64,000 bases of DNA from the IMG/VR virus record IMGVR_UViG_3300036826_000050, positions 207 through 64,206 of that record; one strand, 5' to 3'. The position numbers and the translations under genes were made by a program. The notes below the pieces were generated by a model. That model was not told the origin of the DNA, made no database searches, and saw only the letters and a list, made by a program, of their open reading frames with translations. The DNA comes from a virus (taxonomy: Duplodnaviria; Caudoviricetes). Each line of letters opens with the position of its first letter. Position 1 is the stretch's first letter. Shown here one piece after another: positions 55,761 through 64,000 of this stretch.

Positions 55761-57929
55761 ATGCCGAACGTGACACTGGTAGGAGGACCGGACAACGGGA
55801 CCGTTATCAACCTCGGGAACCCTTGGCCCAGGGACACCTTCCAGTACAACGGCTTTGCTTATCAGGTCAACCCTGGCGGCCCGCCTTACTCGGCAGCCTG
55901 GCTCGACCCCGCCTCGTCAACATTTACGGGTGATGATACAACTGGCTCCGAGGGCGCGCAAGGTCCGCCTGGGCCGATGGGTCCGCCTGGCGATCCCGGC
56001 ATCGAGGGTCCGCCTGGTAAGGGTATCGACCATAAGGGCGTCTGGGACCCGGCGACAACCTACGCGCTCAATGATGTTGTGAACTGGGGCGGCGACGCTT
56101 CATATATCTCGCTGACCGATGAGAACCTGAACCATCAGCCCGACGACCCAGCCTCATCACCCAACTGGGGCCTCCTAGCTGAGGGGCTGCCGGGTCCCAT
56201 CGGTCCGCCTGGTGTTGTTGAAGTCTTCGAGCAGCCTGAGGAGCCTCCTGAGCCGCCGGTGGTCGAAATTGGCGCGATCTGGATCGACACAGACGAGCCG
56301 CCGCCGAGCGGAGGGAGCGTGGTTGGCCCCGAGGGTCCGCCTGGCCCAGAGGGTCCCGCTGGTCCCGAGGGGCCTGAAGGTCCTGCCGGTCCTGCCGGTC
56401 CTGCCGGCGCAGACGGGGCTGCAGGCCCTGCTGGCGCGGCCGGTCCAGAAGGTCCTGAAGGTCCGCCCGGTGATGACGGACCTCCCGGCGCAGATGGACC
56501 AGCTGGCGCCCAGGGACCACCCGGCGCGGATGGTGCAGATGGCGCTGCCGGTCCTGCGGGTCCCGCTGGCCCTGCTGGTCCTACTGGCCCACAAGGCGAG
56601 GTCGCTGCAACTTGGATGGGTCCTTGGAATGCAGCTACGATGTACAATTATCGTGATGTTGTTCAGTATCAGGGATCAAGTTATCTGCTCATTGATGCCC
56701 ATGCAATCGGTGCTGGGCAATCGCCTGGCTCGGGCACCGGACAATGGGAGCTACTAGCGGCCAAGGGCGACGCCGGGGCCGCTGGGCCTGCTGGACCCAA
56801 CGTTCGGATCGACCAGCTAGTCCAGCCCGCGCTCGGTAGCTACAACATGGGCGGCAATGGTGTCCTGACGAACCTAGCCGATCCGAATAACAGTAGCGAT
56901 TCGGCTAACAAGGGCTATGTTGATCGTATCACCGATTTGCTTGGATTCAAGAAGCCTTGTCGTGCTGTTGCGACTACGAATCAGGCACTTGTAGGATTCC
57001 CGACCATCGATGGCGTGAATCTTATGGGGCTCAATCGTGTCCTCGTCGTCGGGCAGACCGATCCCAAGCAGAACGGCATCTATGTCGTGCCCGGCGACGC
57101 GAGCGCATGGACACGACCGAGCGATGCTGACGCGATCAGTAAACTTGCAGCGGCATTTGTTTGGGTCGAGGAAGGTACGGCAAGTGCCGATACCGCCTGG
57201 GAATGCACAAACGACCGCACCGGCTCCGTTGGCGCAACTAATATTGCGTTCACAAAGGTTCTGCCGGTCACCGGCAGCGGCGGTGGGTTGACAGAAGTCT
57301 ACACCGGTGCGGCCGCTCCTTCGCCACGTGGTGACTCGGTCATCTGGATCGACACTGATGAGTCTCCGACTCTGATCTATCCGCCGCCGCTTGTTTCAAC
57401 TTTGCCCTCATCACCTGCAGATGGGCAAGAGGTCTACTACCAGAGCGCGGCGATGGCATTGTTGGGTATCGTCTGGCATCTCAAGTTTCGCGACACTATG
57501 GGCTTGACCTTCTTCAACTGGGAGTTCTTGGGTGGCGGTTCCTTGTTCGATTCGATTGCGGCGACCCAGTCTTCATCAAATGTAAGCTATGTTGATCTCG
57601 CGACCGTAGGACCATCCATTCCCTTGCCGCTGAGCGGTGACTATATTGTCGAATGGGGCGCGGACGTGCAAGAATACAGCACAGCGCAATACATGGGCAT
57701 CGGAGTCTGGAATGGTAGCGTCTGGACGCAAGTCGGTAATCCGATGTACGCGCAGGTAAATGCTACTGGAATCAGTGGCGTGCGGGCTTCACGCTCGAAG
57801 GCCGCAAAGATGACTGGTATAGTTGGAGGGGCGGCTAACAGCCTCAGAGCGCGCTATGCTACGAGCGCGGCCACTAGTCTGGCTTGGTCAGATAGATGGC
57901 TGAAGGCAACTCCGGTGAGGGTGAACTGA
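55761..57929 (+). CDS. Collagen-repeat tail fibre
   Basis: Gly-X-Y tracts; two CBM5/12-like G.W...T.Y...DVV...G modules; [16 protein letters not shown] domain. Confidence 0.88.
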   Translation: MPNVTLVGGPDNGTVINLGNPWPRDTFQYNGFAYQVNPGGPPYSAAWLDPASSTFTGDDTTGSEGAQGPPGPMGPPGDPGIEGPPGKGIDHKGVWDPATTYALNDVVNWGGDASYISLTDENLNHQPDDPASSPNWGLLAEGLPGPIGPPGVVEVFEQPEEPPEPPVVEIGAIWIDTDEPPPSGGSVVGPEGPPGPEGPAGPEGPEGPAGPAGPAGADGAAGPAGAAGPEGPEGPPGDDGPPGADGPAGAQGPPGADGADGAAGPAGPAGPAGPTGPQGEVAATWMGPWNAATMYNYRDVVQYQGSSYLLIDAHAIGAGQSPGSGTGQWELLAAKGDAGAAGPAGPNVRIDQLVQPALGSYNMGGNGVLTNLADPNNSSDSANKGYVDRITDLLGFKKPCRAVATTNQALVGFPTIDGVNLMGLNRVLVVGQTDPKQNGIYVVPGDASAWTRPSDADAISKLAAAFVWVEEGTASADTAWECTNDRTGSVGATNIAFTKVLPVTGSGGGLTEVYTGAAAPSPRGDSVIWIDTDESPTLIYPPPLVSTLPSSPADGQEVYYQSAAMALLGIVWHLKFRDTMGLTFFNWEFLGGGSLFDSIAATQSSSNVSYVDLATVGPSIPLPLSGDYIVEWGADVQEYSTAQYMGIGVWNGSVWTQVGNPMYAQVNATGISGVRASRSKAAKMTGIVGGAANSLRARYATSAATSLAWSDRWLKATPVRVN

Positions 57930-57930
57930 C

Positions 57931-59034
57931 GTGACTGTCGCTAAAGTCTGGGATGGCTCGACTTGGGTAACTATCGGCGGGATGGGGTCGCCCGGCGCAC
58001 TCCTGCAGCCTGAGCCGCCAACCCTGCATGACGTACTCTGGATCGACTCGGATGAACAACAAGTTCCAGCCATCCCGATTCCGCGTTGCAAGGCAATTCG
58101 TAACGCAGCGCTATCGCATACAAGTGGCAGTCCTGGTGGGTGGCAGAAGATTCCGTTTGATACAGTCGTGTTTGATGACGCGACAAATCCGATGTTTGAT
58201 TTGGCGAACGGGCGAATTGTAGCACGTGTTGCGGGTGTTTTTGACATTTCAACAGTCGTTACATTCATCACTCAAGGGACCGGCGTTCGTGCTAGCCTGA
58301 TTTACAAAAACGGCAATCCGGTTGCTTATGGAACCATTGCTGCGACGCCTCCTGCTACCCTTGGTGGCGTGACTGTTGCTTCCACGTCGCTGGCTTTGAT
58401 AGCCGGAGACTATCTAGAGTTGTTCGCTTTTCAGAACTCTGGTGCAAACTTAGCATACGGAGTTGGCGAGCCAGCGCTCGCTATGACGGTATCATTGCGC
58501 TCTGCCGATATATGGGTGAATGGAGCGCTACCACCGCTAGTCGCAAATCTGCCCGCGCTCCCGGTTGATGGTCAAGAGGTCTACTACCGCGCAGGCACGA
58601 ACGGGCCGATCTGGCACCTGCGTTATAGCGCGGCGATGAACACGCTTGACGGTTATGGTTGGGAGTTCGTTGGTGGTAGCCAGATAGCGACTTCTGCGCA
58701 GACATCAACTGCGCTGTCGGCAACTATCACCGGCGCTCTTGTATCACTTACCCCGCCTTTGTCCGGTCTGTATGAGATCGACTTTGGCGCGAACCTCTAC
58801 ATCTCAACCGCTGGTCAAAACGCCGACTGTCTGCTATATCTCGGCGGTGCGCCGGTGACTAACGCGATTTGCCGTGGTACAACCGTCAATACTTACACAT
58901 CTGCAATGAGTATGTGGTCTCCACTTACTGTTGCTGTAGGAAATAACATCGACCTACGAGGAATCACCAGCTCTGGTGCGGGGTCGATGGGGAATCGCTG
59001 GCTACGTGCTCGACCGATTCGGGTGAAGCGATGA
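57931..59034 (+). CDS. Tail fibre accessory protein with C1q-like domain
   Basis: KIPFDTVVFD...AGVF...GDYLEL; C-terminal domain shared with upstream fibre. Confidence 0.72.
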   Translation: MTVAKVWDGSTWVTIGGMGSPGALLQPEPPTLHDVLWIDSDEQQVPAIPIPRCKAIRNAALSHTSGSPGGWQKIPFDTVVFDDATNPMFDLANGRIVARVAGVFDISTVVTFITQGTGVRASLIYKNGNPVAYGTIAATPPATLGGVTVASTSLALIAGDYLELFAFQNSGANLAYGVGEPALAMTVSLRSADIWVNGALPPLVANLPALPVDGQEVYYRAGTNGPIWHLRYSAAMNTLDGYGWEFVGGSQIATSAQTSTALSATITGALVSLTPPLSGLYEIDFGANLYISTAGQNADCLLYLGGAPVTNAICRGTTVNTYTSAMSMWSPLTVAVGNNIDLRGITSSGAGSMGNRWLRARPIRVKR

Positions 59035-59447
59035 CAGTAGCAAAAGTTTGGGACCAGACGACTAGCTCCTGGATTCCCGTCACAGGTCCGGTCAGTCGTG
59101 CTGATTTCAACGCGCTTGCTTGGGGTACGCCGGTTTGGACCGATCTGCCCGCGTTGCAGAACGGTTTCACGCACTATGATCAGGGCCAGTACACCATCGA
59201 CCCCTGGGGCTACGTGCGGATGCGCGGCGAACTCCGCTCGCCTGCATCGGCGACCGGTGCCGATGTGCTGTTGTTCACGATGCCTGCCGGCTACCGCCCG
59301 CCCAAGCGCTGCTACTGCATCCTGTTCGAGAACACGACGACCTACCGCACCGGTTACATCAGCACCGATGGCACCGTGCGTCTGTCGTTCGGACTCGCGG
59401 CGAACAGCGTCACGAACATCGGCCTCGTGACATATCCGACTCGATGA
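59031..59447 (+). CDS. Minor tail / fibre protein
   Basis: MTVAKVWD start; GYVRMRG...FTMPAGYRP. Confidence 0.7.
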   Translation: MTVAKVWDQTTSSWIPVTGPVSRADFNALAWGTPVWTDLPALQNGFTHYDQGQYTIDPWGYVRMRGELRSPASATGADVLLFTMPAGYRPPKRCYCILFENTTTYRTGYISTDGTVRLSFGLAANSVTNIGLVTYPTR

Positions 59448-59456
59448 GGAGATAGA

Positions 59457-59771
59457 ATGGCTGACGCTTATCTCGCAATCTCGCAAATCGCTGCTGATGA
59501 AGCGATGAACAACCGCGTTCGTGCCTGTGTGACGCAACAGGACCATCTGGGCGCTATCGACATCAATAGCGCCGCGCCCGCGTTCTGGGCTGCAGACAAT
59601 GCCTACCTCTGGGCATCATCACCGACGTGGGGCGAGAAGTGGGACTACGCACTGAGCACTGGCAACGACAATCCTGGCGCAGATGCCGCAGTGATCACCG
59701 ATGGTGACATCCTCGCGACCATCCAAGCGCTCGCGCCGCTGCCGCCGCCGCCTGAGGAGCCGGCAACTTGA
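59457..59771 (+). CDS. Conserved tail-region small protein
   Basis: YLAISQIAAD...RVRAC...VITDGDILA; GAGGAG SD. Confidence 0.7.
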   Translation: MADAYLAISQIAADEAMNNRVRACVTQQDHLGAIDINSAAPAFWAADNAYLWASSPTWGEKWDYALSTGNDNPGADAAVITDGDILATIQALAPLPPPPEEPAT

Positions 59772-60250
59772 GTCCGGTCGCCTCTCCCAAGGCAGTTCGC
59801 GTCAAGACGAGCGACGGCTGGCAAGACATCGCTCTTGTCGGACCGGCCGGTCCTCCTGGCTCACCGCTTCCGCTGCGTGATACCGAGGTCCTGACTACAG
59901 CCTCGCTCGCGGCGGGTGGATTTGAGACCGGACTTGTCACCTTGGCCAAGGGCTACCGGCTCCTGCGAGTAGAGGCTGACCGTGCATGCTGGATTCGTTT
60001 GTACACGACGACGGACAAGCGCACGGCGGACGGCGGACGCGCTATCAATGTCGATCCGGCGGGCGATCACGGCTGCGTCTGCGAGTTCATTTTCTCGGTC
60101 GCTCTGCTTGGCGTCGATTGCTCTCCTGTTCCGCAAGGGTACTCGATGGAGTCATCGCCGTCGGAGGACATTCCGTATCGAATCGACAATCTGTCGGGCG
60201 CGGCGCATACCGTGACCGTGACGTTCACCTGGCAAGCTCAGGAGACATAA
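59768..60250 (+). CDS. Minor tail protein
   Basis: Coupled ORF; CWIRLY...R..D..R. Confidence 0.65.
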   Translation: MSPVASPKAVRVKTSDGWQDIALVGPAGPPGSPLPLRDTEVLTTASLAAGGFETGLVTLAKGYRLLRVEADRACWIRLYTTTDKRTADGGRAINVDPAGDHGCVCEFIFSVALLGVDCSPVPQGYSMESSPSEDIPYRIDNLSGAAHTVTVTFTWQAQET

Positions 60251-61116
60251 TGGCGACCGACCAACGCAACCTACCCGCTTACTTCAACTCGGACGCCGAC
60301 TTCCAGACTTGGGCGCAAGGAGTCGAGGCGCAGCTGGTTGCGTGCGGACTCGTCAACACGGCCGACACCGGACAGGTCAACCTCGCGACGATGGTGCGTC
60401 CGGCAGCGAATGGTTTTGCGGGCTATCGCATTTACCGCTTCAACGATGCGATGCAGGCGTCCAAGCCCGTCTTCATCAAGTGGGAGTACGGCGTTGCTTC
60501 GGCGACAAATATGCCATCTTGGCGTATCTCGCTCGGGACCGGGACAAATGGAGCCGGTACCTTGACTGGTACCGTAATTGGGACCTACCAGGCAGCCGCG
60601 TCATCTAGCAAGAGTGCTGGCATCCAACTGCCGTCATATTGCCAAGGTGACGGCGGCGGTATCCGGATCGTCAACAACTTCGATATCGCAACCGGCGGAT
60701 TTCGCATCTACTGCTTCATCGAGCGGTTCCGCAATCCGGATGGGACGCCGAATCCCAACGGCGTTTTCATCTTCATGGGCGGCCAGTCGATCTCAAGTAA
60801 CGTCTTGCCGTTCACCGGCGCGGCTCCGAGCAGCAACGGTAGCGGAAGCGGATTGCCGACGCCGCCTATCAACAACGCCCAGGGTGCGCTGTCGGCCGCA
60901 GGCTCTGAGGTTGCGATGTCGCCGTTCTACGGCATTTGGGGTCGCTTGTATCAGATACTCGGTATCATGCAATACTGGAGCGCGGACATCGGCGCTGGTG
61001 TAGCATTTAGTAGCTCATCCTGGCTCGGCGCGGCGCATACCTGGATGCCGTTCGGATCGGTTGGTGGCCCGCCAGGCTCCGGGTCGAGCGCCGCAATTGC
61101 GATGTTGTGGGAGTAA
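60250..61116 (+). CDS. Minor tail protein
   Basis: MATDQR start after AGGAG; G/S/T-rich; ends AMLWE. Confidence 0.7.
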   Translation: MATDQRNLPAYFNSDADFQTWAQGVEAQLVACGLVNTADTGQVNLATMVRPAANGFAGYRIYRFNDAMQASKPVFIKWEYGVASATNMPSWRISLGTGTNGAGTLTGTVIGTYQAAASSSKSAGIQLPSYCQGDGGGIRIVNNFDIATGGFRIYCFIERFRNPDGTPNPNGVFIFMGGQSISSNVLPFTGAAPSSNGSGSGLPTPPINNAQGALSAAGSEVAMSPFYGIWGRLYQILGIMQYWSADIGAGVAFSSSSWLGAAHTWMPFGSVGGPPGSGSSAAIAMLWE

Positions 61117-61119
61117 CGG

Positions 61120-61242
61120 ATGGCTGGACCAACTACACCGACCGGAACCGCCCTGCCCGCCATGATCAAGACGCCGATGGCGCCGCAGGAAGGTGGTGGG
61201 AACAAGCGGCCGACCATCGGGCAAATCTGGCCACGTAGCTAG
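61120..61242 (+). CDS. Small protein ending GQIWPRS (40 aa)
   Basis: Hand-read; GGAG SD. Confidence 0.55.
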   Translation: MAGPTTPTGTALPAMIKTPMAPQEGGGNKRPTIGQIWPRS

Positions 61243-61249
61243 CATGCCA

Positions 61250-61352
61250 CTAGAAGCCCGCCTAATGCCATGTTCAGGTCGAACCCGAGTCCTACCCCTC
61301 GGAACCCCCTGGCATCCACGGAGAAGCCGCGGAACAAGCCTCGTAGTGGGTG
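61250..61352 (+). repeat. Dispersed ~103-bp element, copy D
   Basis: CTAGAAG.CCGC..CATG-N18-CCTACCC-N18-CCACGGAG-N6-CGGAACAAGCCTCGTA. Confidence 0.8.
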
Positions 61353-61476
61353 ATCGGGGAGGCCGCGAGAGGCGCTATCCTAGGCGAGCCGCCCGCGACC
61401 CTTTCAGGGCTGAGAAGTGCTATGAGCTTGAATTCCTAGAGGATGGGGACGACTTCGACTGGGATTGGGAGGAAGC

Positions 61477-61671
61477 ATGAAGGTAATAATCAACAAACTC
61501 TGGAATGAGCCAGCTGCGTTCATCGGTTTGCTGACGACGCTCGGGTTGCTGGTCCTGAACCTGATCGGTACGCCGGATTGGAGCTTGCAGTCGATCATCG
61601 CGATCCTCGCTCCGCTCACCAGCGCGCTCGGTATCCGTCAACTAGTGTCGCCAGACAAGAAGGTTCGATGA
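61477..61671 (+). CDS. Putative holin
   Basis: Two TM segments; NEPA start; RQLVSP end. Confidence 0.72.
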   Translation: MKVIINKLWNEPAAFIGLLTTLGLLVLNLIGTPDWSLQSIIAILAPLTSALGIRQLVSPDKKVR

Positions 61672-62272
<601 letters not shown>

Positions 62273-62280
62273 GAGGTCTT

Positions 62281-62511
62281 ATGACCGAGGAAGAAGAACG
62301 CATCCCCATCCCCAACGGCCACGAGTCGATGGAGGCGACCGGCGACTTTGCCGAGGGCGACGACATCGATGACATGGAGGACATCGACGGCACGGAGCCT
62401 GACGAGTACGACGGCGATATGGACGAAGACGCCTCCAACCCTGACGAGGTCGAGTCGTTCAATCTCGCCGACCCTCCCGACGATCTGGTGGCCAACAATG
62501 TCGATGACTAA
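62281..62511 (+). CDS. Highly acidic small protein
   Basis: AGGAGG SD; D/E-rich; overlaps endolysin start. Confidence 0.7.
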   Translation: MTEEEERIPIPNGHESMEATGDFAEGDDIDDMEDIDGTEPDEYDGDMDEDASNPDEVESFNLADPPDDLVANNVDD

Positions 62512-63004
62512 GGAGCAGCGCACAAGAGCGCGTCGCGCCGCCGTCAACGCCGCCTGGATCGGCTACAACCATCGCGGTGCCGTTCACTACACGCAGGGTA
62601 GCTCGCGCTGGCAGGGCATCGCCGACACGCGCTACTCAGCCAAGGGCCAATACCCCAACGAGGCCGACTGCTCGGCGTACGCGACGTGGTGTCTCTGGAA
62701 CGGCCTGTATGTCATCTACAAGAAGCCCGACGTGGTCAACGGCGCCAGCTGGAAGGCGGGCTTCACCGGCACGATGCTCGAACACGGCCGTGCCATCGAG
62801 CACATCAAGAATGTGCGGTGGGCGGATTGCGTGATCTACGGCGTCCCCGGCACCGTCGGCAAGCACGTGGCGATCATCGTCGGCAAGAAGAACGGCGTGC
62901 CGATGGTCATCAGCCATGGCTCGGAGGGCGGGCCGTACTACCTGCCCTACAACTACCGCAAGGACATCCAGTCGATCCGGCGTTACATCCACTGGAAGGC
63001 ATAG
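62498..63004 (+). CDS. NlpC/P60-type endolysin
   Basis: HYTQ, ADCSAY catalytic Cys, GFTGTM, HVAI, SHG. Confidence 0.85.
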   Translation: MSMTKEQRTRARRAAVNAAWIGYNHRGAVHYTQGSSRWQGIADTRYSAKGQYPNEADCSAYATWCLWNGLYVIYKKPDVVNGASWKAGFTGTMLEHGRAIEHIKNVRWADCVIYGVPGTVGKHVAIIVGKKNGVPMVISHGSEGGPYYLPYNYRKDIQSIRRYIHWKA

Positions 63005-63009
63005 CAAGC

Positions 63010-63040
63010 CTCGCGCGCCGAGTGCGCGGCGCGTCGAGGG
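63010..63040. terminator. Hairpin between convergent arms
   Basis: CCTCGCGCGCCG...CGGCGCGTCGAGG imperfect stem. Confidence 0.45.
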
Positions 63041-63085
63041 GACAGGCCATACGGCCTTCCTCCCACCCCCAAGCGGAGCGCCTCG

Positions 63086-63631
63086 TCAGATGACGGGGCG
63101 CTTCGTCATAAAGTCCAGGATTCTGAACAGACACTCTCGCTCCCAGTCGAGCAGCATATCGTGCTTGTTGTACCAGGGACGCAGAGTGTTTCTCCACGTC
63201 AACTGATCGTACTCGTCCGCCAGCCGCTCCATGCGGCGCTCGACGCAATCGACCAGGATTGGTAGCTGCCGTTCCCAGATCACCGTCGAGCCGACCTGGC
63301 GCATGAGCGGGTCGATGATGGTGATCGGCCAATCGCTCCAATCTGGCGGTTCAGGGACGCTCGTGTTCTGATGGTACAAGAGCCACAGCTGTCGGTAGCC
63401 GTTACAGACCTTCCGACTGATGCGCTTATCGAACGTCTGCTGGCGTGGTGTCGCGTCACCGAGGCGGCGCGGGAACTTGACCGTGACCGACGAGGCTAGA
63501 CACCAGAAGCGTGTACGTTGGAAGTCAACGTTCCCGAACGTGTTGCACGTTGCGCGATGCTCGGCGGCTTCTTTGCGAGTGAGTTTGACTCTTTCCTCTT
63601 GACGTAGCAATTCCCTGTCTCCTTGCATCAC
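63086..63631 (-). CDS. Hypothetical protein
   Basis: 181-aa ORF overlapping the RNase H tail. Confidence 0.55.
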   Translation of the reverse strand: MMQGDRELLRQEERVKLTRKEAAEHRATCNTFGNVDFQRTRFWCLASSVTVKFPRRLGDATPRQQTFDKRISRKVCNGYRQLWLLYHQNTSVPEPPDWSDWPITIIDPLMRQVGSTVIWERQLPILVDCVERRMERLADEYDQLTWRNTLRPWYNKHDMLLDWERECLFRILDFMTKRPVI

Positions 63632-64000
63632 TGGCGAGCCTATCTACACGCTCATTGACAGCGTGCCCAGCGTGGCCTTTGACATGAATGAATTCTACGT
63701 CGTACAATACCACGAGTGATTCTAAAGTTTCCCACAACTCGCGATTGGCGACGGGTTTGTTACGGTAGTTGCGCCATCCGTTGGCGACCCAATTCTCGAT
63801 CCATCCTTGTTTGAAACAGTTGACGAGATAGGCGCTGTCCGAGTAGAGCTGGACCTTCCAGCGCCGCGTCGGCTTCAGGGCTGCAAGCGCCGTGATGGCC
63901 GCCATTAGCTCCATTCGTTGATTCGTCGTGTTTGACGTATAGCCGGTGACGATCTTCTCGCGTCCTGGCGACACGAGGATTGCGCCCCAGCCGCCAGACT
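63525..64000 (-). CDS. rnhA: Ribonuclease HI, 5' end beyond the window
   Basis: GGWGAIL, TTNQRMELMA, YSDSAY, KPVANRELW, VKGHAG..NERVD. Confidence 0.95.
   Translation of the reverse strand, partial: SGGWGAILVSPGREKIVTGYTSNTTNQRMELMAAITALAALKPTRRWKVQLYSDSAYLVNCFKQGWIENWVANGWRNYRNKPVANRELWETLESLVVLYDVEFIHVKGHAGHAVNERVDRLASDARRQGIATSRGKSQTHSQRSRRASRNVQHVRER

Noticed and set aside
55960-56600. 9-bp periodic repeats
   Set aside because: Collagen Gly-X-Y coding
57380-58680. Duplicated fibre domain as a DGR template/variable repeat or shufflon
   Set aside because: No reverse transcriptase or invertase; divergence is general and not adenine-specific

Overview
The window is most or all of a high-GC tailed (siphovirus-type) phage genome, circularly permuted, with a probable actinobacterial host (it carries an Rpf gene). 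No integrase, tRNA or CRISPR array was seen. About 1-36.4 kb and 63.1-64 kb (minus strand) hold early/middle genes: a nucleotide-metabolism block (FAD oxidoreductase, HAD phosphatase, DUF1599/Nmad1-like protein, SDR, DnaE, variant ThyX, HhH-like protein), a DnaG-type primase fused to an MCM-like helicase, SSB, Sak4-like ATPase, Cas4/RecB-like exonuclease, RuvC-like resolvase, HARP-SNF2 helicase, RNase HI, a secreted Rpf and many small ORFs. About 36.8-63.0 kb (plus strand) holds terminase, portal, capsid, tail (with a GGGAAAG chaperone frameshift), collagen fibres and lysis genes. The strongest unexplained signals are: (1) a ~103-bp spacing-conserved element in four intergenic copies, each oriented with local transcription; (2) a candidate DNA-modification pathway around DnaE; (3) an Rpf gene behind a structured leader with a displaced Shine-Dalgarno; (4) a 156-nt rod-like structured element; (5) a start-less ORF apparently reached by a -1 frameshift from a tandem-HTH gene; (6) a family of promoters and SD-in-hairpin leaders. 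Protein calls come from motif recognition only; no searches were run.
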